Shown piece by piece: positions 46,542-53,790 of a DNA stretch of 60,676 nucleotides. Within the stretch, counting starts at the first letter, position 1, and every line of letters begins with the position of its first letter. The position numbers and the translations under genes are program-made. The stretch covers positions 1-60,676 of the forward strand of contig DASULA010000093.1 of the NCBI GenBank assembly GCA_036278435.1, read 5' to 3'. The notes beneath the pieces are model-generated. The model did no database searches, was not told the DNA's origin, and was given only the letters and a program-made list of their open reading frames with translations. The DNA is from Mycobacteriales bacterium (lineage in GTDB: Bacteria; Actinomycetota; Actinomycetes; Mycobacteriales; DASULA01).

Positions 46542-47176
46542 AGGTCGAAGTAGCAGCAGTTGGCGAGCAGGCCAAGGTCCGACTCGAACGGCTTGCGCCA
46601 GTGCGGTACGTTATATCCGTCGAAAGCGACGATCGTCCGATGGGGCATGGAGATTGACGTCCCGACTTTTGCGGGAAAGATGCCATCTTCGGCGACCGTA
46701 GCAGCCAGTTTGTCGTTAGATGCGAGACGCAATTCGGGTGCCCAGTGCAGGCCGTCGAGATTCGGTGTCACGGCAAAGTTGAGAGTGACTGTGGCCTTTA
46801 CCGAATCGCGGTGCAGGCCGAGATAGTCGCCCGGACCATAGTAGTTGTATCCGCACCGAACGGGAATTAGCCGTGGCATGCCGACTGCTCGCCGGACGGC
46901 TTCGAGGAACTCAATCGACCGATGCAAGCGGCGAAACACTGTCCCACCCTGAACGCTGTGAAAGCGGGCAGGTGTAGCAAAGCTGCCGTCTCGATGCGCT
47001 GCGACCTGCTCGAAGCCGTTGCTGTTAGCCTCCTCGCGCAGCGCGAGGGCTTCCTTGAGCAGCGCCTCCCATGTCTCGTCTGAGAGTTCGATCTTGAGGT
47101 CGGCGGTAGCCGTCTCGTCCCACTGTTGCTTGGTCATGCCGCTCCACAACGCCGCCAACGTAACCAATTCGGACAT
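46538..47176 (-). CDS. Small HxD...H oxygenase-like protein (putative Fe(II)/2OG-dependent), paralog A
   Basis: GYNYYGPGDYLGLHRDSVKATVTLNFAV ... FDGYNVPHWRKPF. Start at ATG 47176 (or 47137, after GGAG). The 5' 119 codons of tracked ORF 46538..47533 look non-coding. Confidence 0.55.
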   Translation of the reverse strand: MSELVTLAALWSGMTKQQWDETATADLKIELSDETWEALLKEALALREEANSNGFEQVAAHRDGSFATPARFHSVQGGTVFRRLHRSIEFLEAVRRAVGMPRLIPVRCGYNYYGPGDYLGLHRDSVKATVTLNFAVTPNLDGLHWAPELRLASNDKLAATVAEDGIFPAKVGTSISMPHRTIVAFDGYNVPHWRKPFESDLGLLANCCYFDL

Positions 47177-47957
47177 CCGGATGATAGCCAAATATAGAAC
47201 GAGTTGGAAGCCCCGGGTCCTACTGGATATTGCGTCCCATCTGCCTTGGGTGTCGAAGTATCTGACCGGCCAGCTTGAGCCGCTGACCGCAGTACAGGGG
47301 CCTGCCAGGGCGATGCAGGGCCCCGGCGTGAGGTCTACATGAATGAGGTGTGGCGTGCCCGCTGTTGCATTGTCCCGCGTGGGTGCGCAGGTGGTCGCAT
47401 CCGGTCCCGAAGGCGAGAACCTGGCCGCCGGCGCGTGGCGGCGGCTGGAGTCGCTGCCCGATCCGCGTTCAGCGTCATGCCGACCCCACCGATCCAGACC
47501 GCCTGGCTTAGGGGCAACGGATCCAGGGCACATCTTCCTTCACCGGTCACTTCCTCGCCCACGGCGACAACATCGCCTGCTCATAGCAACGTCAGACCAG
47601 ACCGCCGGCGCACGGTCGTCGGTGGTCTGGGGCGGGCCGCCACGCACCACGGCGCACTCTCACAGCGATCGTGAGGTGCCTGCGTATCGCCTCCTGGCCC
47701 CCGCGGTGACCGGAGGAGGACTCCTGGAACCACGATCGACCGCCGTCCCGTGGCCGGATGCTGGAACGGGCGGCCCACCACCCGCGTAGGGTTCGCCACG
47801 GTCGCCGGGCTGTTGGCGTTCGCGCACCGGCACCGCCGGAGCCCGGACGGGTGAGAGCGGATGGCTCAGGGCAACCACATCGAACGTGGTGGTCGGTACG
47901 GTGCGGTGAGGCGGGCAGTCATGTGATCTACAAGTTCGAAGAGGGCGAGGGGATCAG

Positions 47958-48584
47958 ATGGACCATGAGGCAGCGGCCCACCTGTCGCGGCTGAAGGCGC
48001 TGGACGCGGCCACCGTGCACGAGGCCGCCGGGCGGGTCGGGCACGTGGCTCCCACGGTGCGCCCGATCCAGCGGGGCGTCACCCTGGCCGGCCGGGCCGT
48101 TACCGCCGAGGTCCACCCCGGCGACAACCTGGCGCTGCACCGGGCCGTGCTGGCCGGGTCCACCGGCGACGTGCTGGTGGCCGCCGCTCGCGGTCACCTG
48201 GCCGGGTACTGGGGCGAGATCCTGGCCGTGGCCGCGCAGGTCAGGGGTATCGCCGGGTTGGTGCTGGACGGCGGCTGCCGGGACACCGCCGCGTTGCGGG
48301 CCCGCGGCTTCCCGGTCTGGTCAACCGGGGCCAGTGTGCACGGCACGGTCAAGCGCACCCCCGGCACGGTCAACCAGAACGTCGTGGTCGGCGGCGTACC
48401 AGTGTCGCCCGGGGACTACGTCATCGCCGACGACGACGGCGTGGTGGTCGTGCCGGCCGGCCGGATCGCCGAGGTGCTCGACGCGGCCGAGGCGCGAGTG
48501 GCCAGGGAGGCCGAGATCATGCGGCAACTCCGCGACGGCGGCACCACCATCGACCTGATGGGCCTGGCCGGAGCCCTGCTGTGA
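47958..48584 (+). CDS. RraA-family protein (4-hydroxy-4-methyl-2-oxoglutarate aldolase / oxaloacetate decarboxylase-like)
   Basis: ATVHEAAGR.G......RPI......AG.AVT......DNLALH.A......GDVLV......GYWGEILA..A...GIAGLV.DG.CRD pattern. Confidence 0.8.
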   Translation: MDHEAAAHLSRLKALDAATVHEAAGRVGHVAPTVRPIQRGVTLAGRAVTAEVHPGDNLALHRAVLAGSTGDVLVAAARGHLAGYWGEILAVAAQVRGIAGLVLDGGCRDTAALRARGFPVWSTGASVHGTVKRTPGTVNQNVVVGGVPVSPGDYVIADDDGVVVVPAGRIAEVLDAAEARVAREAEIMRQLRDGGTTIDLMGLAGALL

Positions 48585-49171
48585 CCGGCCCGGCCGACCC
48601 GCCGAAAGCGGTCGACCCGCCGACAGTGTCGGACCCGCCAGATCTGGCCGACGTGCTGGCCGAGCGCAGCGCGGCCGTGGTGGCCGGCGTCGAACGGATC
48701 GACCCCGACGCCGTGCTGCACCTGGCCAGCAGCACGCTCCGGCTCGTGCTGGACCACTTCATCGGCGGGCCGGGCGCCCGTGCCGGCCGCCTCGTCTTCG
48801 CCATGCCCCGCGAGGAGGAGGGGGTCGCGGTGGCCGCCGGCCTGGAACTGGCCGGACGCCGGCCGGTCCTGATCTTCCAGGACAACGGGATCGGCAACCT
48901 GCTCACCTCGCTGCTGACGTTCCCGCAGGCCTACCACCTGCCGCTGTTCGGCGTGGTGACCCGGCGTGGTGGCCTGGGCGAGTACAACTCGATGATCCAC
49001 ACCATCAGCGAGCGCAGCGAGGCGCTGCTCGACGCCGCCGGAGTCCGCTGGTTCGGCCTGGACTCGCGGACCCCGGTCGAGCTGTGGCCGCGGGAGATCC
49101 ACCGGGCCTGGACGTTCAGCCGCACCACCCACCGGCCGGTGTTCACCTTCGTCAATCTCATGGGGGGCTGA
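48581..49171 (+). CDS. ThDP-dependent decarboxylase, alpha (N-terminal PYR-domain) subunit; sulfopyruvate/phosphonopyruvate decarboxylase-like
   Basis: EEGVAVAAGLELAGRRPVLIFQDNGIGN...PLFGVVTRRG pattern. GTGA overlap with the RraA-like stop. Confidence 0.75.
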   Translation: MTGPADPPKAVDPPTVSDPPDLADVLAERSAAVVAGVERIDPDAVLHLASSTLRLVLDHFIGGPGARAGRLVFAMPREEEGVAVAAGLELAGRRPVLIFQDNGIGNLLTSLLTFPQAYHLPLFGVVTRRGGLGEYNSMIHTISERSEALLDAAGVRWFGLDSRTPVELWPREIHRAWTFSRTTHRPVFTFVNLMGG

Positions 49172-49174
49172 GGA

Positions 49175-49840
49175 GTGGCCGAACTCCGCCAAGAACGCCG
49201 CCACGAACTCCGCCGCGCCGACGTGCTACGCGACATCGACCGGGCCTTCGCGGACTCCCCGATCGTGCTCACCCTGGGCGGCACCGCCCGGGAGATGCTG
49301 GCCGTGGCCGGGCGCCGGCCGAACCATTTGGTCAACCTCGACGCGATGGGCCAGACGGTGCCGGTCGCGCTCGGGCTGGCCCTCGGGCTGGGGCGCGACG
49401 GCGACGGCGGACGCCGGACCGTGGCGGTCGAGGGCGACGGCTCGTTGCTGATGGGGTTCAGCGTGCTGACCACAGTCGGCCACCTGCGGCCGGCCAACCT
49501 GGTGGTGATCGTGCTGGACAACGGGGTCTACCTGGCCACCGGCGGGCAGCCCACAGCCGCCGCCGGAGTGGACCTGTGCGCGGTGGCCGACGCCTGCGGG
49601 TGGGCGGGCAGCCGCGACGTGGACGGCGCCGGCCCACTCGCCGACGCGCTGGCCTGGGCCGCGCGGGAACCCGGGCCGCTGCTGTTGCGGGTCCGGGTCG
49701 GCACCGGGCAGGTGCCGACCGACTTCTTCCTGGCCGACCCGGTGGTGCTCGCCTCGGACTTCCGCCGCTGGCTCGCCCGAGCTGAACCCACGCCGGGCCA
49801 GGGGAGTCCGCACGCCCCGGGGAGTCCGGTCGGGTCCTGA
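49175..49840 (+). CDS. ThDP-dependent decarboxylase, beta (PP-domain) subunit
   Basis: MGQTVPVALGLAL...AVEGDGSLLMG...VVIVLDNGVY (GDGS...N ThDP-Mg motif). Begins 3 nt after the alpha subunit stop. Confidence 0.75.
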   Translation: MAELRQERRHELRRADVLRDIDRAFADSPIVLTLGGTAREMLAVAGRRPNHLVNLDAMGQTVPVALGLALGLGRDGDGGRRTVAVEGDGSLLMGFSVLTTVGHLRPANLVVIVLDNGVYLATGGQPTAAAGVDLCAVADACGWAGSRDVDGAGPLADALAWAAREPGPLLLRVRVGTGQVPTDFFLADPVVLASDFRRWLARAEPTPGQGSPHAPGSPVGS

Positions 49841-50039
49841 TCTGACCAACCGGATCGCCCACCCCGGGATCCATGTGTCCTGTGAGGACAGTGCGTGGCG
49901 TGACCGGGGACCGCCGCCGGCGGCCGGAGCCGGTGCCGCCACGCTGCGCCCGCAGCGGGCCACACCCGCCGGTCACCCCCTCCGCGCCGGTTGGTCAGCC
50001 CCGGGCCGTCCGGTTCGGATCGGCCGGCGTGACGTGGGT

Positions 50040-51017
50040 TCACCTTCGGCGCGGTCGGTACGCCGGACCGGGGTTCGCCGTGCTGGTTCCCGGGCGTGGG
50101 CGCGGGCGCCGTGGGCGGTGTCCGGCCAGGACGGCATAGGCGTTGGCGACGTAGCGGGCGTTGCCGGCCGCCAGCGCGGCGAACGCGGAGGCCCGGCGGG
50201 TGATCAGGCCGCGCTGGAGTTCGGCTTCGGCGGCCAGCCAGGTACGGACCAGGCCGACCCGGTGCTTGCATCCCACGTCCGCGGTCGCGGTGGCGATCTC
50301 CGCACCCGACGGGGTCGGGGAGTTCAGCTTCCAGCGCGGATCGGAGATGGCGGCCTGCGGGTTCGCGTAGTGCATCCGATGGGTGGCCATGCAGGCCCGC
50401 CAGCGAACGGTGGCCGCGCGGACTCCCGGGTCGGTGACCGACTCGTCCAGCGAGCGGAAGTCCAGCGGGGTGAACCACCCCGGGTCGGTGAGCACGATCC
50501 CGGCGCGCAGCGCCCGGTCGGCCCGGGCCGTGCACCCGCCGGCGCCGGTGCCGCCGTCGAGGGCGTCCCGCTCCCGGCCCGGCAGCCGGCCGTACCACGC
50601 CTGGTAGGAGGCGGCCCGCCGGGTGGCACCGGGGTCGGGCGGGAAGTGGTAGCCGTACAGGGCCGCGACGTCTGGGTCGATGACCCCGTACCGGCGGCTG
50701 TTCGGCCGCACCGCGGGCGGGCCGCTGTCCGCGGTCGGGACGGTGACGTCGAACCCGTGGGACCGCATGCAGTCGTCGATCAGCAGGTCGGTGGCCCGGT
50801 CGATCTTCCGCCGGTCGGAGCGGCTGAACCGGTACGCGTCGAACGGCAGCACTACCTTGGCCCTCGTGGCCGGCGTCGGTCCGGCGGCACCGGTCCGGCC
50901 CGGCCGGGCGGGCGATCCGGCACCGACCGGGCTGACCGGGCTGACCGGGCCGGCTGGGCCGGGCAGCAGGGCGAGCAGGGCCGTGAGCGCGGCGGCCCCC
51001 CGGCTGGTCAGACGCAC
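50040..51017 (-). CDS. Secreted hypothetical protein
   Basis: GTG at 51017 gives VRLTSRGAAALTALLALLPG..., a signal-like N-terminus. No motif recognised. The 5' part of tracked ORF 50040..51218 overlaps the I36 gene. Confidence 0.5.
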   Translation of the reverse strand: MRLTSRGAAALTALLALLPGPAGPVSPVSPVGAGSPARPGRTGAAGPTPATRAKVVLPFDAYRFSRSDRRKIDRATDLLIDDCMRSHGFDVTVPTADSGPPAVRPNSRRYGVIDPDVAALYGYHFPPDPGATRRAASYQAWYGRLPGRERDALDGGTGAGGCTARADRALRAGIVLTDPGWFTPLDFRSLDESVTDPGVRAATVRWRACMATHRMHYANPQAAISDPRWKLNSPTPSGAEIATATADVGCKHRVGLVRTWLAAEAELQRGLITRRASAFAALAAGNARYVANAYAVLAGHRPRRPRPRPGTSTANPGPAYRPRRR

Positions 51018-51421
51018 ATCTGGATGGCGCTGGCCCGGTTGTCGCCGATCGAGTTGTTCTTCAGGAAGCCGTCGGACACGTTGTTGTGGAAGTCGGTGGA
51101 CGCACCCGTCCCGCCGACGTTCTGCCACAGCCGCACGGTGCACCCGCGCCGGTTCCTGATCGCGCTGGTCTCGTTGTCCATGTGGTCGTTGGTCTGGCTG
51201 CCGTGCGAGTCGCGCCACAGCACCTTGTTGAAGTCGTAGTTGCTCGACCTGAAGTCACGCCAGTGGTCGGTGTTCCCGTTGTTGAAGTCGTTGTTCTCGT
51301 ACAGGCAGGCCCAGCCCTTGGCGCACGTCCCGCGCGCTCCGGCCTCCGCCGATGTCGCCAGCATGGTCGTGCTGGCCAGCGCCAGCGCACACACACCACC
51401 GACCACGATTATCGATCGCAC
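51008..51421 (-). CDS. Peptidase inhibitor family I36 (SMPI-like, beta/gamma-crystallin fold) secreted protein
   Basis: Signal peptide followed by C.KGWACLYENNDFNNG...WRDF...SSN pattern with conserved Cys pairs. Confidence 0.75.
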   Translation of the reverse strand: MRSIIVVGGVCALALASTTMLATSAEAGARGTCAKGWACLYENNDFNNGNTDHWRDFRSSNYDFNKVLWRDSHGSQTNDHMDNETSAIRNRRGCTVRLWQNVGGTGASTDFHNNVSDGFLKNNSIGDNRASAIQMCV

Positions 51422-51551
51422 GATACGTCCCCCGGATTCTCAGCAAAACAGGTGTTTTTCGCAAACCATCGGCCTTAGCAGTAAGGCAATGGCCCGAAAC
51501 GACCTTACATCGCCGCCGTCGGCCCTCCCGGTCGCCACGCGGGCCGGCGAC

Positions 51552-52724
51552 TCAGAACGGTGTGCGTGAGCTCGCCACGATGCCGCTGACCGCACGGGCC
51601 ATCGGAAACCGCCGCACCAGCTGGTCGCGGGCCGGGCAGAGCACCGCCCGACGGGGGAACATGACCCGGGCCAGCCACCGCGACTCGGACTGGTTGCGCT
51701 GTACCACCCGCCGGCACCGCTTCTCGTACAACTGAAGGGCGAGCGGCACGGTGGCCGCGTCGGCCCGGGACAGCTCGTCGGCCAGCCCGGCCGCGGCGCG
51801 CATGGCGGCCGACGCGCCGACCCCGGCCGTGGGCAGGAAGCCGGCCGCCGCGTCGCCGCACAGCGCCACCCGCCGGTCCACCCAGGCACGCGAGCGCACG
51901 TCACGCATCGACCAGAGGTGGACCGGCAGGGTGCCATCCGCGCCATCTGTGTCAGGTGTGCCATCCGCGTCGCTCAGGGCACCGGCAAGGCCCGCGATGC
52001 ACCCGGCGAACGGCTCGGTGAGCCGGCGCGGCGCCTCACCCAACCCGGCCCGGTCGGTCGGTACCAGCGCGCCGGCCGGCGCGCCCGCCACGCACATCAC
52101 CGCACCGGGCACCGGGTAGGCGCCGAAGAACCGGTCGTGCCCCCACCACTCCCGCGCCACCGGCCCGGAGAAGCGTTCCGGTCCGGCCCACCAGGTGAGC
52201 AGGACCCAGCCCGAGGCGAAGCCCGGCTGCGGGCCGAACACCAGGTCCCTGACGGTTGAGCCCATCCCGTCGCACCCGACGACCAGGTCGAAGCGTTCGT
52301 CGGCACCCCGGCCGAACGTGACGCGGACGCCGCGGCCGTCCTGTTCGAGCCCGGCCACGGTGTCGCCGCGGCGGATCTGCGCGCCCGCACAGGCCGCGCC
52401 GAGCAGGTCGAGGAGGCTACGCCGCCGCACCATGACCACCGGTCCGGTCCCACCGGTGAGCACTGACATGTCCACGGCGCGGAGTGGCCGCCCGGCCTGG
52501 TCGGCGATCTCGTACCGTTCGAGCACCAGGCCGCGCTCGCCGAACTCGCGGTAGCGGCCGAGGCCGTGCAGCACCCGGCTGCCCAGCGGGTACAGCCCGA
52601 TCGCGTACCCGTCCCGGGCGACGGTCGAGCGTTCCAGCACGGTCGGCCGCCGTCCCTGCCGGGCCAGCAGCGCGGCCAGCGTCAGCCCGGCCACGCCGGC
52701 CCCGACGACGAGTACCCGCACCAC
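51552..52724 (-). CDS. FAD-dependent monooxygenase (aromatic-ring hydroxylase-like)
   Basis: VLVVGAGVAGLTLAALLARQG dinucleotide fold, DLVVGCDG, GDAAH-type LCGDAAAGFLPTAG motif. Confidence 0.85.
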   Translation of the reverse strand: MVRVLVVGAGVAGLTLAALLARQGRRPTVLERSTVARDGYAIGLYPLGSRVLHGLGRYREFGERGLVLERYEIADQAGRPLRAVDMSVLTGGTGPVVMVRRRSLLDLLGAACAGAQIRRGDTVAGLEQDGRGVRVTFGRGADERFDLVVGCDGMGSTVRDLVFGPQPGFASGWVLLTWWAGPERFSGPVAREWWGHDRFFGAYPVPGAVMCVAGAPAGALVPTDRAGLGEAPRRLTEPFAGCIAGLAGALSDADGTPDTDGADGTLPVHLWSMRDVRSRAWVDRRVALCGDAAAGFLPTAGVGASAAMRAAAGLADELSRADAATVPLALQLYEKRCRRVVQRNQSESRWLARVMFPRRAVLCPARDQLVRRFPMARAVSGIVASSRTPF

Positions 52725-52856
52725 CCCAGCCTGCCACCGATCCGGTGCCGGCGGGGCTGGTCACCCGCTCCGCCGGCCGAAAGCCGCTCGGGTCGGATAG
52801 CCGACCACGGTCATCCACTCAAGACAGACGCATGTGGACGGTAGATCTGTCCCCGC

Positions 52857-53498
52857 TCACGGTACGGGCGCGGTGCCGGCAGTGGCGTCGATCTGGGGGA
52901 GGTAGCCGGCCCGCAGGACGGCCAGGGTGGACGGGGGAGTGATCACCTCGGCGGCGCCGCGGACCGGCCTGGGGAGCCGGCCGGCGTAACCGCGGGTCGT
53001 CCACGGCACCAGGGCGTCGCTGAGTACCAGCGCCGGGCCGGTGTCGAGCCGCGCGAACGCCCCGGCGGGCAGGTCGGCCCAGTCGTAGGGGTGGAACCGG
53101 CGCCGGTGGGTGCCACGGACGATCCGTTCACCGTGCAGTTGGCGGTCGATCTCGGCCGCCCGCGGCGCGGTGTCCAGCCCGGCGGCGGCCGACCATGCCC
53201 GGCGGTAGGCGTCGTAGGCGTCCCGCCGGCACGATGCGCAGGGCCGGTGTCCGGCCGCCAGGGCCACCGCCTCGTCGTGGAAGAACAGCACGGTGTAGTG
53301 GCCGGGCGCCCACTGGGGCACCCGCCGGTCCCCCTGCCGCAGCACGCAGATGATCCACAGCGCGCTCGCGTGGAAGCGGACCACCTCGGTGTCCCGGTGC
53401 AGGATCCCCCGGTTCCCCATCCACGCGCCGCGCAGATCCACCGCGACTATCTCGCCGGTCGGGGTGACCCGGTTCCGCATTGGCCTGGCCGCGTTCAT
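52857..53498 (-). CDS. Conserved hypothetical protein with an Ada-like zinc-binding motif
   Basis: FFHDEAVALAAGHRPCASCRR matches the FF..EA..AGxRPCxxCR signature of the Ada N-terminal metal-binding domain. Start taken at MNAARP. Confidence 0.55.
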   Translation of the reverse strand: MNAARPMRNRVTPTGEIVAVDLRGAWMGNRGILHRDTEVVRFHASALWIICVLRQGDRRVPQWAPGHYTVLFFHDEAVALAAGHRPCASCRRDAYDAYRRAWSAAAGLDTAPRAAEIDRQLHGERIVRGTHRRRFHPYDWADLPAGAFARLDTGPALVLSDALVPWTTRGYAGRLPRPVRGAAEVITPPSTLAVLRAGYLPQIDATAGTAPVP

Positions 53499-53640
53499 CG
53501 CACTCCGATCCTGTCTGTGCCGGCCGGTCATCCGGCCGGAGTCCTGCGGACCGATGTTCCGCGCTGCCGCACGGACACCCGCCCCGCGGTGTCGGGGCGG
53601 TCAGCCGGCACCGGCCGAGCCCGAGAACACCGTGATCTAT

Positions 53641-53790
53641 TCGGCTGATGTAGGTCATTAACCGATTAGGGCGTAGATTATTAACCCAGTTGGACCCTCA
53701 TGTACTATTTAAATAAAGTATCTTTGGTGAAAAAAATACTGTTCCTTTAGTTGTCTTGCAAAGTACTTTTCGGATGGGCGCACTTCCGGC
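53641..53790. promoter_or_regulatory. Strongly AT-rich intergenic block with palindromic AAAGTA(T)CTTT motifs
   Basis: The line 53701-53760 has 16/60 G+C. AAAGTATCTTT at 53715-53725 and the perfect palindrome AAAGTACTTT at 53760-53769. Lies between divergent gene sets, upstream of the N-N cassette. Confidence 0.5.

Noticed and set aside
47177-47957. attR-type direct repeat of the tRNA-Ala 3' end, or an integrase gene, at the distal end of the low-GC island.
   Set aside because: Visual scanning found no copy of GGTTCGAATCCCCTCAGCTCCA or a long sub-string of it. The nearest string (caagttcgaagagggcgagggg, about 47930) is not a credible match. No tyrosine- or serine-recombinase motifs appear in any frame. 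The island call therefore rests on composition and the ISL3 stump only.
48581-49840. Phosphonate biosynthetic cluster, on the basis of a phosphonopyruvate-decarboxylase-like split enzyme.
   Set aside because: No PEP mutase (EDKxxxxxNS-type) gene, or any other phosphonate gene, is present within the window. The subunits alone cannot discriminate between sulfopyruvate, phosphonopyruvate and other 2-oxoacid substrates.
53700-53750. A 16-codon ORF (MYYLNKVSLVKKILFL) inside the AT-rich block, considered as a leader peptide or small protein.
   Set aside because: There is no RBS, and an ORF of this length is expected by chance. Its AT-rich codons are unlike any other gene in the window. It is mentioned only within the AT-block finding.
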